Below are positions 1 to 13,673 of a stretch of 64,000 nt of DNA, piece by piece. The stretch lies in the NCBI GenBank assembly GCA_951406725.2, contig OX597824.1, forward strand, positions 27,280,001 to 27,344,000, read 5' to 3'. The position numbers and the translations under genes are program-made. Numbering within the stretch: the stretch's first letter is position 1; each line of letters begins with the position of its first letter. The notes beneath the pieces were generated by a model, which worked only from the letters and a program-made list of their open reading frames with translations, was not told where the DNA came from and ran no database searches. Origin of the DNA: Octopus vulgaris. Lineage: Eukaryota.

Positions 1-300
1 TTTTAGGGTTAGGTTTAGGGTTGTCATAAATAACAGTGAACAAACGAAATATACACCGCCGGAAGTTCTTGTTGACAAACAGCAGTAATTTTATTCAGCT
101 GAATACACGTCATTGATTGGTTGAAATCACCGAAATACGAAAACTTTAACGTGAAATAACTTCGTAAATACAAGTTTTTCTCAAAAATGCTAAGAGTAAA
201 AGATGCTTTATATGATGCATTCTATCATTGTCCGAAGTTTGAAAGTGTTTAGTTACAAAAAATTATTTTTTAAATCTGTTGGTGAAAAGGTAAAGATCCT
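1..300. repeat. Unclassified interspersed repeat fragment beginning with telomere-like TTAGGG/TTTAGG units (not a telomere)
   Basis: ttttagggttaggtttagggtt at 1-22 is only ~3 degenerate units, followed by AT-rich non-coding sequence; truncated by the window edge. Confidence 0.3.
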
Positions 301-689
301 AAGTACCATTTTAGCACCAGCTGTAAGCTTTCAGTTTTTCTATCATACAATGCTTAAAAGAATAGAAAAGAGACGGTGTAATTAGAAGGAAATTTGACTA
401 GTATTATGTAACCACAACATTGTCGTAGATACAGCGGCAACGTATCTACACTAATTGCCCTTTTCAGAGCAAACCACCATTTTTTGTCAATTCCCGCTTA
501 ATTTGCTAATCCGGTCTCTGTAACCGGGTTCCTGCCTACGTAGTCTATCTAGGTCGAGCGAGCAGATCACAAATTTGTGGTCTGTGAAGCCGACCTGAGA
601 ATTATGTTTATAAGCAAATTGCTGCAACTGCTGTTGTTGTTATTTAAGCTTAGGTTATGTCTGAATTGATCTATGGTCAGAAACGTTTG

Positions 690-1110
690 GTGCATAAAAT
701 GCATCATACTTAAGCATAGACTGAAACAAAAAATATACTATAAAATCACCAAAAGCTAAACAATTCATTATCAACAACATGCTAGAAACATCGGCATCCA
801 TAAACGAACTGTGAATGAAGATGTAATCTTTAGATTTAGCTTTGAAATTGAAAGTTACAAACGTGAAGACAGTAACTGTTTCATCGGAAGGACCAGTACA
901 ACACTGTCATATAGGCTCACCGTTCACATGCAACATGCAGCTATTGCACAGCATTACACAACACAGCACAAAGCTAAATCCGAGTGGAAATTAGAAGAGG
1001 AAAATATTTACATACTTCAAAAAATTCCACCCCAGGATAAAAGATCCATTATGGAATCCCTACTTATATAGCAATATAATGCCAGAATTAACACCCTATC
1101 ACGCACCATA
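690..1110 (+). mobile_element. Decayed Penelope-like element, GIY-YIG endonuclease region
   Basis: ORF 811-1071 reads VIFRFS...CFIGRTSTTLSYRLTVHMQHAAIAQHY...EENIYIL...IMESLLI, matching the PLE GIY-YIG pattern VIY.F.C...YIG.T...L..RL..H...I..H...LE.L.I; a stop is followed by ..RINT. Confidence 0.75.
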
Positions 1111-1133
1111 AAATTAGCAAGGGGCTACTGATA

Positions 1134-1353
1134 TATGAGGGGATGCTGAAAAGTTTCTGGCTACAAATCTGTCGCGAAAGGCCTGGCTGGGGATCCAACA
1201 TTACATACTCTTTTACAGGGATTAGAAAAACTGAAGGACCCTTGCAATAAGTGTGTGGATCTGAGAGGGATATATATTCAAAATGATCACAATTAACTTA
1301 TCCTGCTGTATTTTCTTTTAGCCAAAGCCAAGAATTTTCAGCACCCCTTCGTA
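1134..1353 (+). mobile_element. Non-autonomous mariner-derived MITE (~220 bp)
   Basis: TIRs tatgaggggatgctgaaaagtttctggct / agccaagaattttcagcaccccttcgta with TA at both ends; internal LEKLKDPCNKCVDLRGIYIQ resembles a mariner transposase C-terminus. Confidence 0.8.
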
Positions 1354-1536
1354 AAAAATTGAAGCACTTCCTATTCAAGATATGATCGTGAAGAACAAAG
1401 CAACACATGGCGACTGATTCAGAATGCTAACGGTAAAAGAAAAGAAATTGGCAGGAAAGTGTACAGGGATTCAATCAATGCATAAAAAACAACACAAATG
1501 CCAAATAAATTTAACTGAATTCTTGATAATGCGACT

Positions 1537-1761
1537 CCTTTACTCTTTTACTCTTTTACTTGTTTCAGTCATTTGACTGTGGCCATGCTGGAGCACCACC
1601 TTTAGTCGAGCACATCGAACACAGGACTTATTCTTTGTAAGCCTAGTACTTATTCTGTCGGTGTCTTTTGCCGAACCGCTAAGTGACGGGGGCGTAAACA
1701 CACCAGCATCGGTTGTCAAGCGATGTTGGGGGGGGGGGCGAACACAGACACACAAACATAT

Positions 1762-1828
<67 letters not shown>

Positions 1829-1999
1829 TATATACGACAGCCTTCTTTCAGTTTCCGTCTACCAAATTCACTCACAAGGCTTTGGTCGGCCCGAGGCTAT
1901 AGTACAAGACACTTGCCCAAGGTGCCACACAGTGGGACTGAACCCGGAACCATGTAGTTCGTAAGCAAGCTACTTACCATACAGCAACTCCTACGCCTA
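1537..1999 (-). mobile_element. SINE family A, full length (tRNA-like head, CORE-like segment, internal (TA)n/(TG)n tract, (GTAAAAGA)n tail)
   Basis: Reverse complement of the copies at 8641 and 13674; B-box-like GGTTCAGTCCC; GGCACCTTGGGCAAGTGTCTT resembles the CORE domain. Confidence 0.85.
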
Positions 2000-2010
2000 A
2001 AAGTAGATAT

Positions 2011-2440
2011 TGATTTCAAATTTTAGCACAAGGCCAGCAAGTTCGGGGTAAGGAGTACTCATTTTATTAATCCAAACATCGGATGTGGATTTAGGTGTTC
2101 AAATGGTACTTATTTCATCAACCCCCGGAAGGCTGAAAGGCAAAGTCGAACCTCGGCGGAATTTGAATACACAACGTAAAGACTGACGAAATGCTGCTAA
2201 GCATTTTGCCCCGTGTGATAACGATTCTGTCAGTTCAACACCTTACTAACAACAACGGCAACAACAGTGGGGTACGTTGGTTTCATCAACCCCAATGCAC
2301 AACTGGTACTTATTTTATCGACTCCGAAAAGATGTAAGGCAAAGTCGACCTCGGCGGAATTTGAAGTCAGCACTCAAAAACGGATGAAAGGCCGCTTAGC
2401 AATTGCTTAGCGGCGTTTTGTCCGCTAACGATTCCGCCTT
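2011..2440 (-). mobile_element. Two diverged SINE family B copies
   Basis: Both contain the reverse complement of GAGTTCAAATTCCGCCGAGGTCGACTTTGCCTTTCATCC. Confidence 0.75.
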
Positions 2441-2629
2441 TAATGATATTGCCGTTGATTACGATGAAGGTAGACTGATAGTTGTGGTGGTGAGTGCTGC
2501 AGATAATGACGGACCTCATGGATAGGTTGTTGATTGATCAAACCTACGAGGAGAGAAATTCCCTCCGTTACCAACCAATTCCATGTCTTTATAACAATAT
2601 TCTAGACGTTTTAAATTGGCTGTGGTAGA

Positions 2630-3117
2630 GTCGTTATTGTCGTTGTTGTTGTTGTTGTTGTTGCTATCAGTAGTGGTGGTGGTGATGATGGTGTTTTCGG
2701 TGGAGGCGATGAGGGGGTGGTTGTGTGGGACGAGGAGTTGTTGCTGTTATTGTATGCGTCGGAGGTAGTGAGAGGATGAGGGTGGTGAAAGCGACGAGGT
2801 ATTACAGCGATGACAATGACGACGACAATGATGACGATAACAACATGGATGATGATGATGATGATGTGGAGGAGGAGGAGGAGGAGGAAGAGGAAGAAGG
2901 GGAGTAAGAGATGGAAAAGGAGGGATAAGTGGAGGAGGAAGGGGAAGAAGGGGAGGTAGAAGAAGAGGAGAAAGGGAGGAGGGAGAGGAGGAGGAGAAAG
3001 AGAAAAGTGATAATGATAATGATGATGAGGGTGGTGACGATGGTGATGATGGTGATGATTGTGGTGGCGATGCTGATCGTTGTGATGACAGGGACCATTA
3101 TGGTGATTCTGATGGTA

Positions 3118-3160
<43 letters not shown>

Positions 3161-3173
3161 GGAGGATATGATA

Positions 3174-3220
<47 letters not shown>

Positions 3221-3299
3221 TGTGGTGGTTGTGGTGGTGGTAGTCGTTCTTCAATGTGCAGATAATTAACGGTGATGGATTAATTATGTCCCACCATAG

Positions 3300-3356
<57 letters not shown>

Positions 3357-3523
3357 ACGTTGCTGTTGCTGCTGCTGTTGCTTGGTTGTGACGTCGAGGG
3401 GTTTTGCCATCGATGATTACGGATAATTGGGATGATAATGACGAGGATTAAATTTGACATTGACGATGGCGACGCTGCTGACGACGCTGCCGCTGTCACT
3501 GCTGCTGCTGCTGACGATGATGG

Positions 3524-3574
<51 letters not shown>

Positions 3575-4995
3575 CGATATCGTAAACTGATGATGATAAT
3601 GATTAGGGGTGGCGGTGGTGATGGTGGTGGTGATGATGGTGGCGATGGTGATGATCATGGAGATGGTTGATGGTGGTGACTGCGAGGGTGTTGGTGGTGG
3701 TGTTGGTAGTGGTAATGAAGATATAATGATGTCGGTGGTGATAGGGACTGGTGGCAGAGGCGGTGGCGGCAGAGGTGGTGGTAGTGGTGGTGATGGTGGT
3801 GGTGATGGTGGTGGTGGTGGTGATGGTGGTGGTGGTGGTGAGGTGGTGGTGGTGATGGTGGTGATGATGATGGTGGTGATGGTGGTGGTGTTGGTGGTGG
3901 TGGTGGTGGTGGTGGTGGTGGTGGTGTGGTGGTGATGGTGGTGGTGGTGGTGATGGTGGTGGTGATGGTGGTGGTGGTGGTGATGGTGGTGGTGATGGTG
4001 GTGGTGTTGGTGAGGTGGTGGTGGTGGTGATGGTGGTGGTGGTGATGGTGGTGGTGTTGGTGATGGTGGTGGTGTTGGTGGTGGTGATGGTGGTGGTGGT
4101 GATGGTGGTGGTGATGGTGGTGGTGGCGGTGGTGGTGATGGTGGTGGTGGTGATGGTGGTGGTGGTGATGGTGGTGGTGGTGGTAATGGTTGTGTTGGTC
4201 GTAGTGGCAGTGGTGGTGTTGGTGATGAATGTATAATGGTGTTGGTGGTGTGGGCTGGTGGTGGTGGGTGGTGGTGGTGGTGCTGACAGTGGCGGCGGCG
4301 GTGATGGTGATGATAACAATGGTGTTGGTGATGACGACGATGGAACAACGACACCGACGACTTCAATGACGATGACGATTACGATGAAGATGATGATAAT
4401 GATGACGATGACGACGATGACGACGATAATGCTAATGCTGATGCTGATTATGAAGAGGTAGTGGTAGATGGGGATGTTAGTGTTAATTTCTATGGCGTTG
4501 ATGTTGATGTTGACGATTCGGCTGTGAAATTAAGAATCGAATTAAATTCCACCACCGACGTCGCTCGCTGTGTTTCTTTCTCTTGGAACAAGCTCATTAA
4601 TGTGCGTCTTTCGAAAGCACTTCCCTGCTCTTCTCCCCCACCCCTATTCCACCTCAAATCCCTTCTCTCTCTTCTCTCTTCTCCGCTTCTTTACTCCAAG
4701 GACGTGTTGACAAAGAGAGAGAGGGACGGAGAGAGAGAGAGAGGGACAGACGGACAGACAGACATACAGATAGACAGATAGAGAGGGAGAGAGAGAGAGA
4801 GAAAGAGAGAGAAAGAGAGAGAAAAATAGCGTCAGAGAAGAAGGGTATATAAGAGCTCTAATTTGCGATGGTCGTGGTGGTGGGTAGTGATGGTGTGGTG
4901 TTGATCATTATGATGACGAAGATGATGATGCTGTTGTTGATGATGATGATGATGATGCTGTTGTTGATGATGATGGTGATGATGCTGTTGATGAC

Positions 4996-5047
<52 letters not shown>

Positions 5048-5101
5048 GTGATGATGCTGTTGATGACGATGATGACGATGATGATGATGATGATGATGAT
5101 T

Positions 5102-5168
<67 letters not shown>

Positions 5169-5197
5169 CGATGATGATGATGATGATGATGATGATT

Positions 5198-5276
<79 letters not shown>

Positions 5277-5290
5277 CGATTATGATGATG

Positions 5291-5324
<34 letters not shown>

Positions 5325-5517
5325 CGACGAAGATGATGCAGATGATGGTGATGATGTTGATGATGGTGAAGGGGAAGAAGAAGAGAAGTAGGAAATGTGG
5401 GAAGAGGTGGAGGTGGAGGTGGAAGAGTGTTGTTGGTGGGGTTGTTACTGGTGTTGGTGGTGGTGTTTTGATAGAGGACATGTATATAAGTTGAAGAGGA
5501 ATGAAAGATGAGGAGAG

Positions 5518-5554
<37 letters not shown>

Positions 5555-5720
5555 GAAAGAAGAAGAAAGAAGAAGAAAGAAGAAGAAACAAATAATGAAG
5601 TAACGAATGATGCTGAAGAAATATGTAGGAGCTCTAATTTGTGGTAGTGGTGGCACAAGCGGCGGTGGTGGTTGTGGTGGTGGTGGTGTAGGTTGTTGTT
5701 GTTGGTGGTGGTGTTGGTTG
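2630..5720. repeat. Compound trinucleotide microsatellite field (GAT/GGT/GAG/CTA)n with short unique islands
   Basis: (GGT/GAT)n ~3600-4330; (GAT)n ~4910-5365; (GA)n ~4715-4820 and ~5520-5550. Confidence 0.95.
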
Positions 5721-5749
5721 CTCTGGTGTATTGATAGGGTTAATGTATA

Positions 5750-6850
5750 TGAACGAGAGAAGGATGAAGTTAAATGGTCTTAATGAAGGAATTAGTGTAA
5801 GAAAGACTGAACGAAAACGTGTACAGGAAAGGAGAACGAGAAGAATGAATGAATGAATAAATGAATAAATAGAGAAATTGAAGGAAAGACAGGGGAAGAG
5901 GAACAGGAAGTATGTTGAAGGGAGGGAGAAAGAAAGAGAGAACGAAAAAGTGTACTGGAAAGGAGAACGAGAAGAAAGAATGAATGAATAAACAAATAGA
6001 GAAATTGAAGGAAAGTCAGGGGAAAAGGAACAGGAAGTATGTAGAAGGGAGGGAGAAAGAAAGAGAGAACGAAAGGAAAGAAGAACAGATATAAAGGTAG
6101 TAAAAGGTGTTGATTGCGTAAGACAGAAAAATAGAAAGATAAACAGAAAGACGGAGATAAAGAGATAAAGAATGAAAAATGGAAATATGCTTAGAGATAA
6201 AAATAGATCGTATTTAGGAAGTGTGGGTGTGAGTAGAAGGAAGGAAAAGAGAGAAGGAAAGAGACAGGGAGAGGGAGGATAATGAGTAGATGAGAGAGGG
6301 AGAAAGCAGATGTGTAAATGGGTAAGTGAAGAGAGAGAGAGAGAGGGAAAGGTGATGAAGAAATAGGTAAATGAAGAGAGAGAGAGGGGGGGAAGAGTGG
6401 GATAGAGACAGAAAGGAAAACAGAGAAATGTATAGAGATGGAAGTATAATAAATAGATAGTGTATAACTAAGAGAGTAGGGGAGAAGGAGAGAGAGATAG
6501 AGAGAGATAGAGAGATAGAGAGAGAGAGAGAGACAAGATGCCAGAGAAAAAAGGGGATATATATAGAGAGAGGTAGCGAGAGGGATAGAGATAGTGAAGG
6601 TGAGAGACAGAGAGAGAGAGAAAAAGAGAGAAAGAGAGAGAGACAAGATGCCAGAGAAAAAAGGGATGTAGAGAGAGAGGAAGCGAGAGAGTTAGATGTA
6701 GCGGAGGTGAGAGACAGAGAGAGAGAGAGTGAAGATGGGAAAGAGAAAAATAAGAAAACGAAAGTGAGAGAAAAGAATAAGAAGATGAGCAAGAAGGTGA
6801 GAGGGAGAAAATAAGAGAGAAAGAAATAAGAAGAGAGAGAGAAAGAGAAG

Positions 6851-6892
<42 letters not shown>

Positions 6893-7090
6893 AGAGAGAG
6901 GGTAGGAAAAGAGGAAAGAAAGACAAAAGCCAAGAACTAAAGAATGTATGTGTGAAGAGAGAGAGAATGAGAGATAAGGAGAGAGAAAAAGTGAGAAAAA
7001 CAGACTGAAAGAAAAAAGAGAAAACCAGAAACCGGAAGAGAAAGAGAGAGAGAAAGAGAAAGAGAGAGAGACAGATGAGCTATTAGAATC
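5750..7090. repeat. Purine-rich (GA/GAAA)n low-complexity tract with local direct duplications
   Basis: ~125-bp unit at ~5821-5947 repeated at ~5952-6074; gagacaagatgccagagaaaaaaggg at ~6530 and ~6640. Confidence 0.85.
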
Positions 7091-7464
7091 AAACTGAGAG
7101 GAAGGGTGAGTGAAGAGTTACTTAAAAAGGGAGACAACAGTGAAAGGATGGAGAAAGATTGTTGAGGTGAGGTGTTAGGCTGAGAATGGTTGTTGGGTGG
7201 GCGGCGGCGGAGAGTTTGGTAGGAGCTTGACACCAGAATGGTAATGGGTTTGGTAGGTGGAGTGGAGAAGAGGGCTAGTGGTTAGGGAGGTTACTGAAAG
7301 TCAATTAAGAATCTTCGACTCTTCATTGTCCTCATGACAAGAATACATCCAATTATTTAAGAGAGGAATCAAACAGATTGCCATTGAATTGCTTCTTGTT
7401 GTTGGTATTAAATTTATCATTATTATTATCATTATTATTATTATCATTATTATTATTATTATTA

Positions 7465-7496
<32 letters not shown>

Positions 7497-7512
7497 GTTG
7501 TTGTTGTTGTTG

Positions 7513-7565
<53 letters not shown>

Positions 7566-7628
7566 GTTCTTATTGTTGTTGTTGTTGTTTATGTTTTATG
7601 TTTTGATGTTGTTATTATTATTATTATT

Positions 7629-7895
7629 GACGGCGGCGAGCTGGAAGAATCGTTAGCACGCCGGACAAAAAATCTTAGCGGCATTTTGTTCGTCTTCACA
7701 TTCTGAGTTCAAATTCTACCGAAATCGACTTTGTCTTTCATACTCGTGGAGTCGAGAAAATAAATACCACTTGTGAGCTAGGGGTCGATATAATCGACTT
7801 GCCCACTCCGACAAAAATTCCTACTCTCGTATCAAAATTTGAAAGCATCATCATCATCATTATTATTATTATTGTTATTATTATTATTTTTATTA

Positions 7896-7971
<76 letters not shown>

Positions 7972-8255
7972 GCAGGCGGCGAGCTGGCAGAGACGTTAGC
8001 ACGCAGGGCGAAATGCTCAGCGGTTTTCATCTGTCGTTTACGTTCTGAGTTCAAATTCCGCCGATGATGACTTTGCTTTTCATCCTTTCGGGGTCGATAA
8101 ATTAAGTAGCAGTTGCGTACTAGGGTCGATCTAATCGACTGACCTCCTCCACTAAAATTTCGAGCCTTGTGCCTAGAGTAGAAAAGATTATTATTATTAT
8201 TATTATTATTGAAGGTGGCGAGGTGGCAGAATCGTTCGTACGCGGGGCGAAATGC
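7629..8255 (+). mobile_element. Cluster of SINE family B copies (7629-7845, 7973-8187, head only 8212-8255) separated by (ATT)n
   Basis: Head GGCGGCGAGCTGGCAGA..CGTTAGCACG, B-box GAGTTCAAATTC, conserved CTTTCATCCTTTCGGGGTCGATAAATTAAGTA core. Confidence 0.85.
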
Positions 8256-8259
8256 ATCT

Positions 8260-8449
8260 CTTTTTACCCTTTTACTCTTTTATTTGTTTTGGCCATGTGA
8301 CTGTGGCCATGCTGGAGCACCGCCTTTAGTCGAGCAAATCGACCCCAGGACTTATTCTTTGTAAGCTTAATACTTATTCTATCGGTCTCTTTTGCCGAAC
8401 TGCTAAGTTACGGGGACGTAAACACACCAGTAACGGTTGTCAAGCGGTG
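8260..8449 (-). mobile_element. SINE family A, 3' half
   Basis: Reverse complement of ~8885-9065. Confidence 0.8.
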
Positions 8450-8588
8450 TTTTTGATGGTTGAGTGAGAAGGTGTTGTGGAAAGGTGTGGGAAGGTGTTG
8501 TGGGTATGTATGTGAGTACAAGGATGTACGTACGCCGCCATGTATATGTATGTATGTATGTATGTATGTATATATGTATGTATATATG

Positions 8589-8640
<52 letters not shown>

Positions 8641-8644
<4 letters not shown>

Positions 8645-9065
8645 CGCAGGAGTGACTGTGTGGTAAGTAGCTTGCTAACCAACCACATGGTTCCGGATTC
8701 AGTCCCACTGCGTGGCACCTTGGACAAGTGTCTTCTGCTATAGCCTCGGGCCGACCAAAGACTTGTGAGTGGATTTGGTAAACGGAAACTAAAAGAAGCC
8801 TGTCGTATATATGTATATATATATATATGTGTGTGTGTATGTGTGTGTATATGTTTGTGTGTCTGTGTTTGTCCCTCTAGCATTGCTTGACAACCGATAC
8901 TGGTGTGTTTACGTCCCCATCACTTAGCGGTTCGGCAAAAGAGACCGATAGAATAAGTACTGGGCTTACAAAGAATAAGTCCCGGGGTCGATTTGCTCGA
9001 CTAAAGGCGGTGCTCCAGCATGGCTGCAGTCAAAATAATTTGAAACAAGTAAAAGAGTAAAAGAG
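8641..9065 (+). mobile_element. SINE family A, full length
   Basis: taggcgcaggagtgactgtgtggtaag ... gaaacaagtaaaagagtaaaagag; a diverged 3' half follows at ~9085-9290. Confidence 0.9.
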
Positions 9066-9696
9066 TATATAAGCACCTCCATGTGTTTATGTGTATCTTT
9101 GTGTTTGTTCCCATCTACTTGACAACCAGTGCTGGTTCGTAATTTACTGTTTCGTCAAAAGAGACCAATGGAATAAGTACCAAATTAAAAATTAAATACT
9201 AAGAACAATTCGTTTCACCAAAAGTCTGCAAGACGATGTCCCATCATGGCCGCCGTCTTGATGATCGAAGCAAATATTAATTAAAAGAAATTCACCTGTG
9301 ACTCCACCGGGTTTTTATCACTCACTAAGGATCTCCTCTCTTTTTGATTCCCTCATAGAACGGATTTCCTTTTCAGGCTTCTAAACCTTCGCCTTCTTTT
9401 TCCATCTTCTTCCTAGATTTTAAATCTTATTATTTTTAATACTTTTCATTTTTTCAGATCCTTATTTTCCACTCAGCTTTTCAATTTTTATTCAATACAC
9501 TCTCTGTTTCTGAATAACCCCCCTCTCTCTCCCCCTATGCTTCTGATTTTGTTTCTAATGAAGACTTACTCTCCGACACCTGAGAGTACCCTTCAGATTC
9601 TTAAGCTAAAAGGGATATCATATTCGTCAAATGTTCTATTTTCTCTGTTTTGATTTTTTTTTTGAAACTTTGCAGACGTTACTCGCAAACACTCAA

Positions 9697-9735
<39 letters not shown>

Positions 9736-9771
9736 TAATCAATCACTCAATCAAGCAAGCAAGGAAGCAAT

Positions 9772-9853
<82 letters not shown>

Positions 9854-9930
9854 GTCTGTTTGTCTGTCTGTCTGTCTATCTATCTGTCTGTCTGTCTGTT
9901 TGTCTGTCCATCTCTCTATCTATCTATTTA

Positions 9931-10033
9931 TCTTCAGTCCTTAGCCTTTCTTCAGTCCTTAGCCTTTCTTCAGTCCTTAGCCTTTCTTCAGTCCTTAGCC
10001 TTTCTTCAGTCCTTAGCCTTTCTTCAGTCCTTA
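9931..10033. repeat. 18-bp minisatellite (TCTTCAGTCCTTAGCCTT) x ~5.7
   Basis: Directly visible perfect tandem units adjoining a diverged minus-strand family A SINE at ~10034-10180. Confidence 0.95.
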
Positions 10034-10235
10034 CCCTTTGGTCATGCTGGGGAACGGCCTTGAGGAATTTAAGCTTGGTTTTTATTCTATCTAGCTCTTT
10101 TGCTGAATCGCTAGATTATGGGAACGTAAACACAACAACACCGGCTGTCAAGCGGTGGTGTGGGACAGACATAAACATTTCGCGCGCACGAACGCACACG
10201 CGCTCACACAAACACACACACGTCGTCACTTGCAT

Positions 10236-10265
10236 ATCATCATCATCAGCATCATCAGCATCATC

Positions 10266-10298
<33 letters not shown>

Positions 10299-10773
10299 GT
10301 CATCGTCATCATCGTCATAGTCATCATCATCATTATCATCATCATCTTCATCATGATCATTATGATCATTATCATCATCTCCATAATGATCATGATCATC
10401 ATCAGCTGCACCTCCATCATCATCATCATCATCATCATAACCACTGACACCAAAATGACCACCCCCACCGATACTATCAAAGCCAAAACTATCGATACCA
10501 TCAATGCCATCACCATCAATAGTATCATTATCGTCGCCGCCGCCAGTACCTGCATCCCCATCACCACCACCACCACCAATAGTACCACCAATACTACTAC
10601 TATCGCTGCCCCCCACTTTCATCAATACCAACATCCTCGCCGCCACCGACACCATAAATGCCTCAACCAATACCACCACCACCACTTTCACCACAACTTT
10701 ATCCACCACTTTCACCACCACTATCACCACCACCATCACTACTACCACCATTACCACCGCCACATATACTACC

Positions 10774-10805
<32 letters not shown>

Positions 10806-11730
10806 CAACAACACACTGCTATAACCACTATACATTTTATCTCGACTACAAATTTTAGCAACATAACCGCAATCACAACTACCAGAAAAAACAACACCAC
10901 CACCATCACCAACACGGCCTTCATCACTACAACCACCACCATCACCATCACCACTATCACTATAACCATCACTACGACCATTACCCACCCAACCATCATC
11001 GCCATATAAACGCTATAATAACCGACACTACCACTACCCCATTCTTCTATCTATTACTATTACAATCACCACTACCACTACCACGACCACTATCACAACT
11101 ATTCCCCAGCACCACCATCACTACTGATACTGCAACAACCATCACCACCATTACCAACGCAACTATTACCAACACATCGCTACAATCACTATCACCAGAA
11201 CTGCAACCACCACTAATGCAGCCATCATCGCTGTACATACCACTATAAATTCAAACTATTACATCTCCATTTCCACAACTATACTACTACAATCAACACT
11301 ATCATAACCACCATCATAACATCACCACCACCATCATAACCTATCACCATCACCCCCACCCCACCCCCATCATCATCATCACTAGCACAACCACTACAAC
11401 CATCACCACCATCACCAACATAACCATCATCGTCATATAAATTGCTGTAATCACCACCACTACCTCACCTCACTTTTACTGCTACTACTATTACTACTAC
11501 TGCATTCACCACTACCAAAACTACTACCACAATCACCACCCCAACCACCATCAGGAGCACCACTACCACCATAAGTACCAATATCAGCACCACCCCCAGC
11601 CCCACCAGCACCACCACCAGAATCACCAGAACCACCAACACAACCACCATCTACGCTACAATCACCACCACTGCCACTACAAAAACACAGCGCCACCATC
11701 ATTATTATCACACCCCGCACCGTCATCGAT
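10236..11730. repeat. Degenerate (CAT/CAC/CAA)n microsatellite field
   Basis: Trinucleotide runs; source of the poly-His/Thr/Ile ORFs. Confidence 0.9.
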
Positions 11731-12073
11731 ACGCTATAATAAAACCAAGTTTCTAATTAATCCTTACTCAGAGACAAATAGCGGTGAAGTGAAAAGATAA
11801 CAAATATTGCTGCTGTCAACAACATGCTAGAGAATGCCATTCGGCAAATACAGTCAGAGAGAATATTTAGTTGTTTTACATATTGAAATATGTCAGCACC
11901 AACTTCCTCCTCCTCATCGTCATCGTCGTCGTCATCATCATCATCGTTAACCTAACAACTATAATTAGTAGCAGCAGCAGCAGTACAGAATTGTGAATAG
12001 AATATTATGTTGTACAGTTGTTTATATATATATATATATTATATATTAATGTAGTATTTTTAACATCATATAG

Positions 12074-12116
<43 letters not shown>

Positions 12117-12183
12117 TTCATACGTGTATGAAGCATATAATCCTACACACATTTATATGCATATATATGTACACCTACAATAT

Positions 12184-12226
<43 letters not shown>

Positions 12227-13673
12227 CACATATATATATACGTATATATATACATACACACACACATATATATGCGTATATGTGTATAAGAGCGTATTGG
12301 CGTACATAGCTACATATAAAAAATGTATTCACATCCATGTACATGTGCGTAGGTATGAATAAATGTATTTCTTCCTTAATTTCTGATTCTTGATTCGTTC
12401 TTATGTGTGTATTAATTAAACATTAACGCATGACCAAGCTTATCTGCATATGAACATGCATCGAGAAACACCCAGAAACATGCATGGAGACAGGTGAATA
12501 AGTTTATGGAGTTTTTCTCTTTTTTTTTTTTTGTATATGTAAGTATATATTTTGATCGGCAGAAGTTAGAGCTTGCTGCCATCTAACCATAAGTTTTATG
12601 TAGCCATTTTAAGACGGTTAGCAGAAGGATCTTCAACCTATTTTTCAATAAAAAAATTCAACTCTGCGAACACATTTATAACATAGTCCCAGGAGCAAGT
12701 ATTTTTAATGATCAATTTAGTCTTATGATCCAAAACCTGCTAACAAACTTTTCGTAAACTTACATGTATTATGCGCTCAGTTCCTCTTAGCATAAATGCT
12801 TGTGTAGCCAAAACCTTCCTTTCTTTAGTCGATAAACATTTCTCTAAATACATACTTACAAGAAATTTTTAATAGTTCTAACTTGAAGATGTCTTTTAGA
12901 TGTGCACCTAGTATTATAAAATATTAGTAACAGACAGACTGCCAATGCAGAAATAATCCCACGTACCCTCTAAATAGCCAGTGCAATACAGAAACCACTG
13001 TGTGTGAAGAAGATGTAATATGAAACAATCTCAGATTAGCAACAGATGTACAGAAATGTGTGGGTGCAACGGAAGGTACCTTCTATGCCAAATTCACTAA
13101 CCACAAGACCTCATTTAGTATCCAAGAGAGGTGAAATGATGCAACTTTAGTGAAGGATATAAGGACATTGGAGGAAAAGACTGCGCATTATGATATCAAG
13201 TGGTGGATACATGTAAGAATCTTATTTTAACAGCAGACTGAAGCACAGGTTCTGCATGACTAAGAGAAAATAATAATAACTTCTGCAACCAGGCACTACT
13301 CAAAACTAAAAGTCACCTTAGCACCTAACTTCCTAAGAGTAAAATATGAACGAAAAATGTCCCTTACTGTAATCTGAGGAATTAATATAAGATTTGCAAC
13401 ATCCAAATCTGAGATATACAATCAAACACACATATTTATATGTACGCGAACGCACATGTTTTGGAAATCAAGCGTTTGACCTCGGAGATTTATTAAATAG
13501 ATTTTGTTCCGGTGTTTTACTACGAGCGTAGGACCGACTTGATTATGGCACTTTAAAGCGTTCTGTGGCAAAAAGCTCATGGTATAATATTCTTTGGAGT
13601 TATTTCTGATTATTGTGAGTTTTCTCGACTTCTGGTATGAGACCACAAATATATTTCTATTGCTAATAATATA

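Noticed and set aside
1-22. Telomeric repeat
   Set aside because: Only about three degenerate units; too short to indicate a chromosome end
1540-1964. Recurrent ORF peptides such as [37 protein letters not shown]
   Set aside because: They recur because they are translations of SINE family A, not a protein family
2802-5658. Long ORFs (up to 360 aa) rich in His/Pro/Thr/Met/Ile
   Set aside because: Pure translations of trinucleotide microsatellites, open in several frames on both strands; no domain content. The same applies to 10116-11009, 19801-20713, 30737-31700 and 61523-62694.
8641-9065. Assigning SINE families A/B/C to the published octopus OK/OR1/OR2 names
   Set aside because: General architecture fits tRNA-derived octopus SINEs, but exact family identity cannot be confirmed without alignment to reference consensus sequences
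12560-13660. ~1.1 kb of non-microsatellite AT-rich sequence
   Set aside because: No convincing coding frame, terminal repeats or motif recognised; probably old unclassified repeat or neutral DNA
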